Shown here piece after piece: positions 28,015 to 40,238 of a stretch of DNA of 64,000 nt. Under the pieces are notes generated by a model that saw nothing but the letters and a program-made list of their open reading frames with translations, searched no databases and was not told where the DNA came from. Position numbers and translations under genes: made by a program. Source of the DNA: Anthoceros angustus. Taxonomy: Eukaryota > Plantae > Anthocerotophyta. Numbering within the stretch: position 1 is the stretch's first letter; each line of letters begins with the position of its first letter. The stretch is taken from contig MU008169.1 in the NCBI GenBank assembly GCA_010909165.1, forward strand, positions 1,426,001 through 1,490,000. The letters are read 5' to 3'.

Positions 28015-29305
28015 GGCTATCACTAATACGAGGTCTTTGCTTAAAATTCAAGCAAGAAGGTGTAATGCTCATACCACATCTTGCCACATATATATAGCCT
28101 CTAACAAGTTTTGGTCTTGATGTTTTGTTTCAAAATTGAAAGGATGGCAAGGTTTTGTTTTGTTTTAAATGAAGCTTTGATTAACAAGGTCTTTTGAAGA
28201 AAATGGGATGGGTTTTTTTTGTTTTTCAAACTTTCCAAGACTTGGCAATTGCACATGCTGATTGCTAGTAATTAATAGGGATAGGCGAGGCGGATCTCCG
28301 GAAGAGGCTCAATTGGGCCTTTGCGTAACTCGTCCCAACTACATGTCGCGGTGAGTGTGAGGGCGGGGGTGAAAAAGCAGTGGAGTCAATACTTATATTT
28401 CTATTTTGAGGTTTCAACATTCTCTGCAAATATTGCTATCGATTTTAACATTTATTAAAATTCATACTTACTTAGAACCAAGCACATGTACCTCCCCAAA
28501 GAAACCCTTGTCTCCCAATCAAACCCTAGTTTCATCGAGCCTTCTTCTTTGGAAAGCTGCAAGGCCTCCAAGAATGAGTCGTGGGAGACCCGGTGTCATG
28601 AGGCCCTCCACGACCGCTCCCCAATTCCACAACCAGCTCCCAGAGCAAGCACGGCCTCCCACTCGCCCTCTCGCTCACAGGAGATTCTCACCTTTTCTAG
28701 AGTCATGTGCACTGGTGTTTTCTCGCTTTTAGGTTTCTAGTGATCGTTTCTCGAGTCAGGCATTTTGAGTTATTTAATTTCCAAAATTCATTATTTTACA
28801 TTTCAATTAATTTCCGCAAGCACTCTCGTAATGGTAGCTCCATTGCTTCGTGCATTCCACCTTCTCAATCCAATTAAAAGATCTCTTTTTATGGTTTTGA
28901 AGTCAATTGATATAGATCATAACTGGAAGTGGTTGGAGGTTTGAGCCTTTGCATACCTACATACCTACATAGTTACATGGTATATAATAAGAACAACAAA
29001 CACTTTATGGGTCCGACAAAACTACCAACGACGCGGCGCGTCATGAACCACGGCTCTCGATTCCATTCAGCCTCTTGTCGAGACTAATGAGCACATTGAC
29101 ATACCACGCCAAGCCTCCTCGTGCGGAGCGACAAGCAACAATTGTTGTTCTAGTAAATTTTGAGGTCAATTGAATGTTTTGAGGCTAGCTTTAGTTTGGA
29201 GTTTTGGGGCTTATCAAGTTTCCTCAAATCCTTAAGAAAACGTTTTCACCAATACATATTCGAGCTATATGAATGAAAGTCACACTATGTTCTAGACATA
29301 TACCC

Positions 29306-30142
29306 TCATGGATCGATCTCCTCCTTTTCATTTTGACAAGAGGTGGCCTCGTCAAGCATGTGGACAAATAGGTTATGATGTCATATTGGAATAGTACAAG
29401 TAACATGACTTGCAAAAGTAAATATCTTACCGCATAAAAGCATACTCATCATCGTTGGTTCCAGCTCTCCTCCTTTTCAGCTTTTGACAAGAGGTCCCCT
29501 ACGTCAAGCATGTGGACAAATAGGTTACGATGTCATATTGAATAGTACTTACAAGTAGTAACATGACTTACAAACCAAAACAAACAAAATCTTACCGGAT
29601 AAGAGCATACTCATCGTTATTCAGAAGGCACCCCGATGCATATCGGACCATGTAGCCAAAGATACCACATTATGGATATCACGACCATATAGACTTTCGT
29701 CAAAACCGAAGCCACCCACAAATCGGCTATGGTTCCTTGCCCATGACACTTGCCGGTGTTTGATTGAGCTTGGCAAATATAGTAAAACTCCACATTTCGG
29801 TGCTCGTAGCTCGTTATCTCCAACAAACCACTTGTCGTGCTCTAAGCCAATCTTGGAATAATCCACATTATCGCAAGAATCTTGTACAATAGACAAAAGC
29901 AATAGCAATACAAAATAAGTCATAAAGAGTAATTGCAGGCATTTTACGCAAATTACACGACATGTTTCAAAAGCTTACGGAATTTATCATCTCGCGTCCA
30001 TAATCTCCGAATCCAATTAAAGGTTAACATTGTCCCAAACTTTTGAAGACGTGGGACATTTTACGCCAATTCTAATACAGTATAGCGCAAACAGTAACCC
30101 CAAGACCACAATCATCCAACTAGACGCGTTGCATCCCGCCAT
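29306..30142 (-). CDS. Array gene, unit 9
   Basis: Collinear copy; its upstream region, including the TATA box, is duplicated (junction at 30827-30831). Confidence 0.55.
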
Positions 30143-32408
30143 GGCTATCACTAATACCAAGAGGTCTTTGCTTAAAATTCAAGCAAGAAAGGTGTAATGC
30201 TCATACCACATCTTGCCACATATATATAGCCTCTAACAAGTTTTGGTCTTGATGTTTTGTTTCAAAATTGAAAGGATGGCAAGGTTTTGTTTTGTTTTAA
30301 ATGAAGCTTTGATTAACAAGGTCTTTTGAAGAAAATGGGATGGGTTTTTTTTTTTGTTTTTCAAACTTTCCAAGACTTGGGTACATGCTGATTGCTAGTA
30401 ATTAATAGGGATAGGCGGGGCGATCTCCGTGAAGAGGCTCCAATTGGGCCTTTGCCGTAACTCGTCCAACTACATGTCATGTCGCGGTGAGTGTGAGGGG
30501 CTGGCGGGGAAAAGCATAGTGTTGAGAAGAGACAATCAAGGGGCAAGAGTTTGAGTTATCGCCGACCATCCTCTTGGTTGTTGAGGACTTAGATGTTGTG
30601 GTGATGGCGGGATGACTTTCGGCCTTGGACTTCTATTCCCTTGGAGGAGGGCGTCTTCAACTCGCCGTTGTGGTATGTATGGTGGATGTGTAGAGGCGGA
30701 TCGAACTCAAGGACGAGGTAGAATTTCAAGGCACTCGGCAAATGTTTGCACCAAATGAAACATCAAAGACGTTGGGCTATGTACTACGACTGCACAGAGG
30801 TGGTTCGAGAATAACTAACTTTTGAAAAGCAAGAAAGGTGTAATGCTCATACCACATCTTGCCACATATATATAGCCTCTAACAAGTTTTGGTCTTGATG
30901 TTTTGTTTCAAAATTAAAGGATGGCAAGGTTTTGTTTTGTTTTAAATGAAGCTTTGATTAACAAGGTCTTTTGAAGAAAATGGGATGGGTTTTTTTTTTT
31001 TTTTCAAACTTTCCAAGACTTGGCAATTGCACATGCTGATTGCTAGTAATTAATAGGGATAGGCGGGCGGATCTCCGTGAAGAGGCTCCAATTGGGCCTT
31101 TGTAACTCGTCAACTACATGTCGCGGTGTGAGGGGCTGGGAGAAAAGCATAGTGTTGAGAAGAGACAATCAAGGGGCAAGAGTTTGAGTTGGTCGACTGT
31201 CCTCTTGGTTGTTGAGGACTTAGATGTTGTGGTGATGGCGGGATGACTTTCGGCCTTGGACTTCTATTCCCTTGGAGGAGGGCGTCTTCAACTCGCCGTT
31301 GTGGTATGTATGGTGGGTGTGTAGAGGTTAGATCGAACTCAAGGACGAGGTAGAATTTCAAGGCACTCGGCAAATGTTTGCACCAAATGAAACATCAAGG
31401 CGCGTTGGGCTATGTACTACGTCTGGTACCAGAGGTGGTTCGAGAATAACTAACTTTTGAAAAGCAGAAGGTCAATACTTATATTTCTATTTTTGAGAGT
31501 TTCAACATTCTCTGCAAATATTGCTATCAGTTTTAACATTTATTAAAATTCATACTTACTTAGAACCAAGCACATGTACCTCCCCAAAGAAACCCTTGTC
31601 TCCCAATCAAACCCTAGTTTCATCGAGCCTTCTTCTTTGGGAAAGCGATAAGGCCTCAAGAATGAGTGCGTGGGAGACCGGTGTCCCGCGAGGCCCTCCA
31701 CGACCCTCCCCAATTCCACAACCGACTCGAGCCTCGGCCTCCCACTCGCCTCTCGCTCACGAGATTCTCACCTTTTCTAGAGTCCGCATGTGCACCGTGT
31801 TTTCGCTTTTGGCGTTTCTAGTGATCGTTTCTCGAGAGTCCGGCATTTTGAGTTATTTAATTTCCAAAATTCATTATTTTACATTTCCAATTAATTTCGG
31901 CAAGCACTCTCTTGTGGTACGGTAGTTAGCTCCATTGCTTCGTGCATTCCCACCTTCTCAATCCAATTAAAAGATCTCTTTTATGGTTTTGAAGTCCAAT
32001 TGATATAGATCATAACTTTCTGGAAGTGGTTCGGAGGTTTGAGTAATGCATACCTACATACCTACATAGTTACATGGTATATAATAAGAACAACAAACAC
32101 TTTATGGGTCCGACAAAACTACCACGTGCGGCATAGAACAGCCTCCTCGAATTCCATAGCAGCCTCTTGTCGACCACCGAGCACATTGACATACCACGCC
32201 AAGCCTCCTCGTGCGGAGCGACAAGCAACAATTGTTGTTCTAGTAAATTTTGAGGTCAATTGAACGTTTTTGAGGCTAGCTTTAGTTTGGAGTTTTGGGG
32301 CTTATCACAAGTTTCCTCAAATCCTTAATTGTCTGAAAACGTTTTCACCAATACATATTCAGGCTATCATATTGAATGAAAGTCACACTATGTTCTAGAC
32401 ATATACCC

Positions 32409-33259
32409 TCATGGATTGATCTCCTCCTTTTTCGTTTTGACAAGAGGTGGCCTACGTCAAGCATGTGGACAAATAGGTTATGATGTCATATTGGAATAGT
32501 ACAAGTAACATGACTTGCAAAAAGTAAATATCTTACCGCATAAAAAGCATACTCATCATCGCTGGTTAATTGACTCCTCCTTTTCAGCTTTTGACAAGAG
32601 GTCCCCTTGCCAAGCATGTGGACAAATAGGTTACGATGTCATATTGAATAGTACTTACAAGTAGTAACATGACTTACAAACCAAAACAAACAAAATCTTA
32701 CGGATAAGAGCATACTCATCGTTGGTCAGAGTGCACTTGCCCCGATGCATATCGACCATGTAGCCAAAGATACCACATTATGGATATCACGACCATATAG
32801 ACTTTCACAAACCGAAGCCACCCACAAATCGCTATGGTTCCTTGCCCATGACACTTGCCGGTGTTTGATTGAGCTTAGCAAATATAGTAAAACTCCCACA
32901 TTTCGGTGCTCGTAGCTCTCGTTATCTCCAACAAACCACTTGTCGTGCTCTAAGCCAATCTTGGAATAATCCACATTATCGCAAGGTCTGGGCAAGAATG
33001 CTATACAATAGACAAAACGCAATAGCACACAAAATAAGTCATAAAGAGTAATTGCAGGCATTTTACGCAAATTACACGACATGTTTCAAAAGCTTACGAA
33101 ATTTATCATCTCGCGTCCATAATCTCCGAGCAATTAGAGGTTAACATTGTCCCAAACTTTTGAAGGCGTGGGACATTTTGTCGCCACCAATACTATAGCT
33201 AGCGCACAAATGAACCCCAAGACCACAATCATCCAACTAGACGTTGCATCCCGCGCCAT
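32409..33259 (-). CDS. Array gene, unit 10
   Basis: Collinear copy; upstream deletion variant. Confidence 0.55.
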
Positions 33260-34837
33260 GGCTATCACTAATACCAAGAGGTCTTTGCTTAAAATTCAAG
33301 CAAGAAAGGTGTAATGCTCATACCACATCTTGCCACATATATATAGCCTCTAACAAGTTTTGGTCTTGATGTTTTGTTTCAAAATTGAAAGGATGGCAAG
33401 GTTTTGTTTTGTTTTAAATGAAGCTTTGATTAACAAGGTCTTTTTGAAGAAAATGGGATGGGTTTTTTTTTTTTTTTTGTTTTTTCAAACTTTCCAAGAC
33501 TTGGCAATTGCACATGCGATTGCTAGTAATTAATAGGGATAGGCGAGGCGGATCTCGGAAGAGGCTCAATTGGGCCTTGCCGTAACTCGTCCCAACTACA
33601 TGTCGCGGTGAGTGTGAGGGGCTGGCGGTGAAAAGCAGAGTCAATACTTATATTTCTATTTTTGAGAGTTTCAACATTCTGCAAATATTGCTATCGATTT
33701 TAACATTTATTAAAATTCATACTTACTTAGAACCAAGCACATGTACCTCCCCAAAGAAACCCTTGTCTCCCAATCAAACCCTAGTTTCATCGAGCCTTCT
33801 TCTTTGGGAAAGCAGTGCAAGGCCTCCAAGAATGAGTCGCGTGGGAGACCCGGTGTCCGCGAGGCCCTCCACGACCCGCCTCCCCAATTCCACAACCAGC
33901 TCGACAAGCTGGCCTCCCACTCGCCCTCTCGTTCACGAGATTCTCACCTTTTCTAGAGTCCGCACAGCCGCTAAGGTTTCTAGTGATCGTTTCGAGAGTC
34001 AAGCATTTTGAGTTATTTAATTTCCAAAATTCATTATTTTACATTTCCAATTAATTTCCACTTGCACGGTACTGAGTTAGCTCCATTGCTTCGTGCATTC
34101 CCACCTTCTCAATCCAATTAAAAGATCTCTTTTATGGTTTTGAAGTCCAATTGATATAGATCATAACTCCGGAAGTGGTTCGGAGGTTTGAGCCTTTGCA
34201 TACCTACATACCTACATAGTTACATGGTATATAATAAGAACAACAAACACTTTATGGGTCCGATAAACTACTAACATAGAACACAGCCCTCGAATTCCAT
34301 ACTCGCTCTTGTCGACCACCGAGCACATTGACATACCACGCCAAGCCTCCTCGTATGGAGCGACAAGCAACAATTGTTGTTCTAGTAAATTTTGAGGTCA
34401 ATTGAGCGTTTTTGAGGCTAGCTTTAGTTTGAGTTTTGGGGCTTATCACAAGTTTCCTCAAATCCTTAATTGTCTGAAAAACGTTTTCACCAATACATAT
34501 TCGTGCTATCATATTGAATGAAAGTCACACTATGTTCTAGACATATACCCTCATGGATCGATCTCCTCCTTTTCGTTTTGACAAGAGGTGGCCTACGTCA
34601 AGCATGTGGACAAATAGGTTATGATGTCATATTGGAATAGTACAAGTAACATGACTTGCAAAAAGTAAATATCTTACCGCATAAAAAGCATACTGTCGCA
34701 CGAGGTAAGCACTTGAATTCATAGAAGCACTTCCTCGGCCAACAACCAAGCAAACAAATCTAATACGCAGGTATATAGGTGCAAACCAATGCTGTCATGC
34801 CGTGTGATACTAATCTCTGCACTTGGGTTTAGTGTTT

Positions 34838-35025
34838 GATTAGCATTAATTAATCTAATTACCTATCTTTAAGTAAGTAATTAGTGTTAATTAATCTAAA
34901 GTGCTTATGTTAATTAAGCATTGATTAGTGTTAATTAATCTAAAGTGCTTATGTTAATTAAGCATTGATTAGTGTTAATTAATCTAATGTGCTTATGTTA
35001 ATTAAGCATTGATTAGTGTTAATTA
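34838..35025. repeat. AT-rich ~44-bp tandem repeat within the LTR (also at ~40374-40560)
   Basis: GATTAGTGTTAATTAATCTAAAGTGCTTATGTTAATTAAGCATT repeated about 4 times. Confidence 0.85.
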
Positions 35026-35450
35026 AACATGGTTAGCAATAGCTAAGTGGATAAGCTCAAGTAATATGCTTTGGCATATTCCTTGCATATTATAGTGTAT
35101 TCTTAGGATACAATAGCTAAGTGGATAAGCTCAAGTAATATGCTTTGGCATATTCCTTGCATATTATAGTGTATTCTTAGGATATTTCGCATATCGATGC
35201 CAATAGGATATCTTAGGAATATGCCGATGCGTGGGTCTAGTATATATAGACCCTTCCATTGAGGACAAGCTCAGATCATAGCTTGTCCTCTAGATATGCA
35301 ATGCAAGAGCGTTGTGAGGAGGCCAAAGCTATGACTCCGAGAGCGATGTGTGAGGAATTTGCGTGTTGTTCTCGTGGGGAGAGTGTGTTTGTGCCACGAC
35401 GTGCGAGCTACTCCCTCCTGTTGTTACAAGCTATGATCTCAGCTTGTGCA

Positions 35451-35590
35451 CGCTAGGTGATGCTAGGCGATGCTAGGCGATGCTAGGCGATGCTAGGCGA
35501 TGCTAGGCGATGCTAGGTGATGCTAGGCGACGCTAGGCGATGCTAGGTGATGCTAAGCGACCCTAGGCCATGCTAGGCCGTGCTAGGCGA
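35451..35590. repeat. 10-bp minisatellite (TGCTAGGCGA) x14 in the 5' LTR
   Basis: Directly visible; three units have CG>TG variants. Confidence 0.95.
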
Positions 35591-35671
35591 GGCTACGCGA
35601 GGCAACGCTAGTTCTTTAAGCAAGTAGGCAAGGGACTCTCTGAAGTGTGCCCAAGGCTTAAGGCCTAGAGA

Positions 35672-35872
35672 GGACCAAGCCCAAGGCGAGGAGAGGAGGA
35701 GAAGCTCAAGCCCAAGGCCAAGGAGGAGGCAAGAAGCCCAAGTCCAAGGCCAAGGAGAGGAGGCGAAGCCCAAGTCCAAGGCCAAGGAGGAGAAGAAGCC
35801 CAAGCCCAAGGCCAAGGAGGAGGCAAGAAGCCCAAGTCCAAGGCCAAGGAGGCGAAGAAGCCCTACCAAGGA
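35672..35872. repeat. ~33-bp purine-rich tandem repeat in the 5' LTR
   Basis: GAAGCCCAAGTCCAAGGCCAAGGAGGAGGC repeated 5-6 times. Confidence 0.85.
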
Positions 35873-36355
35873 GAGAATGAGGCCTCCACAAGGGCTGGCC
35901 TTTTAAGGCCAACCAACCAAGGGAGAAACAAGAGTATTTTACTCTTGGGCCCGGATTCAAGGGATAAGGGAAGCGGATAGACATGGGTATGTCATCAGTC
36001 CATTTGATTTCACTTTCTGTCCAAAACTCCTAGTTGTGCACCCCATCCAGGTACTGATCCACCCACGGGTGCTTAACTGGAGTTCTATGCCTTTGCTATC
36101 CAACTCACCCAGCTCACATTTTTGACAGTTAGCCTGCAGAGTATTTGTATGCAATTTTAACATGCATAGATACTTAGAGGTTTCACTAATCACGATCTAA
36201 GATAGCGGGTGTGTTAACCTTGATTAAGGGTTTGATCTAGCCACTAACCGCCTGGAGTGCATGCCGACACACTCGATCCGGACGGAGCTACCAACCAACA
36301 AGTCCATCGAGCGAATTCAAGTCCCGACCAAGAGGAGAAGTGCGACACTCGATTT

Positions 36356-36374
36356 TGGTACCACCGAAGGGCGG
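36356..36374 (+). promoter_or_regulatory. Candidate primer-binding site
   Basis: TGGTACCACCGAAGGGCGG starts 8 nt after the LTR end; the priming tRNA was not identified. Confidence 0.4.
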
Positions 36375-36494
36375 AGGAACCCAGCGACACAATCAACAAT
36401 CTTTGAAGGATCTGGTGGCAACACACAAGACACGTTAGTCTTGCCGGACAACTCGGTGAGCGGCGAGGAGGACTTGTCTCTTGGAGTCGTCAAG

Positions 36495-37345
36495 ATGGGA
36501 GGAGACAAGGATCGAATGGAGTTGTTCACAGGACGAGCGGCACCTTGCCACCGGAGGACTTCATCGAGAAATGCAGTGCGGTGTGTGCGGAGATGGAATT
36601 GAAGACCGGATACACGAAGCGATACGGCTTCATCCAAATGCCAAGTACTTGGGGATGAAGCATTGGCGTGCTATCGCGAGCACAAGGCGAGGCTTGAGGC
36701 CATGGAGGACCGATGAGTAGCAGTTCAAGCTCCGAAGGAACCAGTCAGACGGAGCAGTGGCACCGAGTGGGCACGATCCCATCGAAGAGATGTTTGACAT
36801 CTTCCGGCTGGAGTTTCCTGCAAGCACGGATGAGAAGATCTCCGAGCTGACACACTTCAAGATGAAGTCAGGCGAGACTGCGAAGATGGCTTACCGAAGA
36901 ATCGACCAGTTGGTACGTGACACCAAGATCATGAGTGATCGATTGGCTGCAGAGAAGTACTTGCAGGTATTGCCATATGCGCTGTGCATGAAGGTGCAAC
37001 AAGCAGTATACGGCACAAAGAGGCAACACTACACCCTTAAGGAAGTGTACAAGATGGTTGACGAGATAGGGCCCGCTGACACTTTCTCTCGTCTTTGTTG
37101 CAAGTGATTACTCCAAAGACAAGTAGGAGTGGTGGACGACATGACCGACGCGGAGGTCGAGTGGAGGAGCTCGGCGAGACAAGCCACCCACAGCCCAAGT
37201 GACGAGCCCTGCGTGAGGTGCCGAGGACGGACCATTCCCTCATGAGTGCGAGCATGCATTCGGAGGAGTCAAGGGTGAGGAGCCATGCCCTAGGTGTGGG
37301 AGGCAGGCACAATGAAGCGGCATGTTGGGAGAAGCATCCGAATTG
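36495..37345 (+). pseudogene. gag: gag (capsid-like region plus two CCHC zinc knuckles), frameshifted as assembled
   Basis: FDIFRLEFPASTDEKISELTHFKMKSGETAKMAYRRIDQL resembles retrotransposon gag. The knuckles CVRC.RTDHSLM.C (~37210) and CPRCGRQ.HNEAACW (~37285) are each recoverable with small indel corrections. Confidence 0.75.
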
Positions 37346-38079
37346 CGGCCTACGGGTTATCGAGCAGCAACCCCGCCAATGCATCTGCGTCAACCTCATC
37401 CACAAAATCGAAGAGCAAAGGCGCGTGGAGGAGGCGAAGTCCCGTGGACAAAAGAAACGGAAGCATCAAAGAAGACGATGGACAGCTACGTGGCACGCCT
37501 CGCAAAGCTGGAGAAGTTGGTGCGGAAGGCGAAGATCAAGGAGAGCAGCAGTTCATCATCAGAGGACGAAGAAGATGAGCACAAGCTTGGATACATGGCG
37601 GTGACCGGATCCAAGGGCAGGAAGAAACCTCGCAGCTACGAGAAGATAGCTCGAGGAAGAAGAGGATGTCTTGACACCGCAGGCGGAAGACACGGAAGGA
37701 AGCTTGGGGATCCTCTTCCGAACCTATGCCAAGATGCCAAAGTCGTTTGAGCCATTGCCAGCAGAGCAACTGTGGAGCAACATCAAAGTCCAGTGGGCGA
37801 TGTGGAGAAACCCATGCAGATTCGGAGACGATGGCACAAAAGCTTCGGAGATGCCATGTTTGACCTACAAGACATGGGGTTGAGCGTGAAGGAAGTCGGG
37901 GTTTGACTCGGCGGATGTTGACAACCCTTGAAGACGAAGCAAGTGTCGACAATGTGCCACAGTGGCAATGATGTCATTGCTTGACCTCGAGCCAAGCATC
38001 TCGTGGAAGCGGAATCTTTGCAGTGGGAGTGGCTTTGGTCAACAATCGGAGAGGCACATTGAAATCAATGGATTCGCAC

Positions 38080-38400
38080 CAAGGAGGTGTTGATTGACAC
38101 CGAGCACACCGGTGATCGTTGGAAGAAGAGTGAAGGAAGCGTTGGGTCTCCACCAAGAAAGGTTGAAGGAAACCAAGTGGAAGATCCGGACAGGGACCAC
38201 GGAGCATGTGTTGGGGTGACAAGGTACAAGCTGAAGGTTTCATTCAAACCAAGAACAGCAGACTTCACCTTTGTCGAGGTACACCGCTTGGTCAGATGCA
38301 CACTTTTGATGTCTTCTTTGAGGAGACGCTTTGTACAAACACAGGTCATGGTGGATTTGTGGACGGAGACAGTCTACTATCGACCAGTGGAGAAGCTGGA
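38080..38400 (+). pseudogene. Retropepsin-type aspartic protease
   Basis: VLIDT(G)A.PVIVG motif recoverable with small indel corrections, followed by FDVF...VDLWTETVYYRP. Confidence 0.7.
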
Positions 38401-38789
38401 GCAAAACCGATGACGGATTGCCCGCATCCCTCTGCAGCATGGCAAGGATCATGAGAACCTCATTGCCAGCGTCTACCCGTGTTTGGCGCCGTAGTGAAGG
38501 ACACGCCATACGTGCTTGAACCTCTTGGCGTGTGTCTAACAACCGCAATCGACGATGGAGGATTTCGGCGAGGAGGAGGAAAACAAGCTAGGGTTGCAAC
38601 CACCCTCGGAGGAGGTTCTTCAAGTCACTCGGGGCTGGTATGGCTGCGGCAATGAGCCGTGCAAAAGCTGTGGAGGATGGTGCAAGAGGACCAGTGTCCT
38701 ATGAGCCGGAGAACTGCTGTAAGTTCTTGCCTAGGGTTGAGCCTGTTTGTGACCTAAACACCCAGGTCATCACATGGCGACCTCGGGAA

Positions 38790-39700
38790 GACGGCATAGT
38801 GCTCGTGGAACTCTTTGGAGGCATCAGTACCGGCTTGGAAGCAGTGCTAAAGTGTGGCATCAAAGTGCGAAGATACGTGCATTGTGACCCGGATCCAAAA
38901 GCAAGGATTGTGTCACAGAAGCGCGTAAGAGACTTGATGGGGAGTACCTAACCTCGGCGTGGGAGTCGGTGAAGGGTTACCGGAAGCTGCGATGGATGTT
39001 CGCATGATAGGGTTGTCCCATTTGAGTTGTCTTGGGCAACCGGTGGACCTTGTCATCGCAGTTGGGAGTGTCAAGGACTATCCTCTGCAGCAAGGGTCAA
39101 GGTCTCAAGGATCCACGAACAGCATTGTTCTATGACTGATGAGGATCTTGCGCTTGATCCGAGAAAGGGCAAGAAAGGCCTTGTGGATACATGTTGGAGA
39201 ATGTGCCATGCATGAGCGTGAAGAAGCAAGTTCAGGAGGACTTTGCCACGATCCGAGGAGTGTTGGGTCGAGCTTCTATTGGATGCGACTCAATTTGGTT
39301 CGAGGGCTCATAGGTTGAGGTCCATGTGGACTAACCTTGCTCCCTTGGAACATTTGAAGTGTGCGAGGTCGCTCACCAAGCGACCTAATCATGTTGTCAA
39401 GGATGTGCTAGCATCGGAAGGCATGCCCAACAAGTCATCAAGGCGACAAGCCGCACTTCCGTGAACACGCTGGACACCCCATGGCGGCTTGGCCAACCTT
39501 TGTGTCTAAGTCCAAGTCTTACGCCTTGGAACCATGGCCCGGCGTTGTGGTGGAGACATGGCGAGGCCTTGGGAGAGCCAACAACCAGAGAGGAGTTGGC
39601 CATGGATTTGATCGGAGCCACGAAGACACCGGAGTGACCGAGAAGGAACGGTGTCGATTGCTTGGGCAAGCATTTGACGTGAACATGATGACTGGTTGTT
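38790..39700 (+). pseudogene. DNMT3-like C5 cytosine DNA methyltransferase domain within pol (frameshifted as assembled)
   Basis: Motifs appear in canonical order. I-II: IVLVELFGGISTGLEAVLKCGIKVRRYVHCD (38796). IV: PVDLVIA(G)WECQGLS (Cys codon 39069), then GLKDPRTALFYD. VI: YMLENVP (39197). VIII: DATQFGSRAHRLRSMWTNL (39282). X: GVTEKERCRLLGQAFDV (39631). Confidence 0.88.
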
Positions 39701-39869
39701 TAGCTGGGTACCAACGAAACCAAGAAGGCGGGGTTGAAGCGGTGGTTCGGTGGGTGAAGGACATTCCACTCGCATCTCAACAGGAGAAGGCGAGTTTGGA
39801 GGGCAAGGAGAGCGAGCACGTGAGGAAGCGTGCAAGCCATCGAGCCACAACCACATGAGTGGTTAACAG

Positions 39870-40171
39870 TCGAGTTGAAGAGCAATCAGCGGCGTGCTAA
39901 AGGAGTTGTTGGAGGCATCGCGACATGTGTTTGCTTTCACGCTTGCGGAGATGGGGAAGTACACCAAAGGGAAGTTCCACATAGAACTAATCAAGAATGA
40001 ACCGGTGTTGGAGGCACAGCTCGATGAGGCAAGAAGAAAATGGCGAGCAACCGGGGAGAGTAGTCCACATGACAGCCCATAAGGATCAAGACAAGCCTCC
40101 ACTCATGGACAAGGTTCATAACCTCGACGACATTCCGAAGGAGATTGGTTTTGTGCACAATGCGCTACATG
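39870..40171 (+). pseudogene. Pre-RT stub fused by deletion to a C-terminal PHD-finger remnant
   Basis: LKELLEASRHVFAFTLAEMGKYTKGKFHIELIKNEPV is typical of the segment preceding gypsy RT. No YxDD, RNase H or integrase core follows. The region ends LDDIP(x)GDWFCAQCAT* after one indel correction. Confidence 0.6.
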
Positions 40172-40229
40172 AGGTGCGTCGTGTGTAGTCCTACTAATGA
40201 TAATGTTTTGACTAGAGTCTCACATTATC

Positions 40230-40238
40230 AGGGGGGGA
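40230..40238 (+). promoter_or_regulatory. Polypurine tract
   Basis: AGGGGGGGA immediately before the 3' LTR. Confidence 0.8.

Larger units (their letters stand above)
34694..36347 (+). repeat. 5' LTR (1654 bp)
   Basis: Perfect 8-bp terminal inverted repeat TGTCGCAC...GTGCGACA. Positions 34797-35438 are repeated in direct orientation at 40333-40896. Confidence 0.85.

Noticed and set aside
35573-35984. Leu/Gly- or Trp/Pro-rich ORFs
   Set aside because: They are translations of the 33-bp LTR minisatellite.
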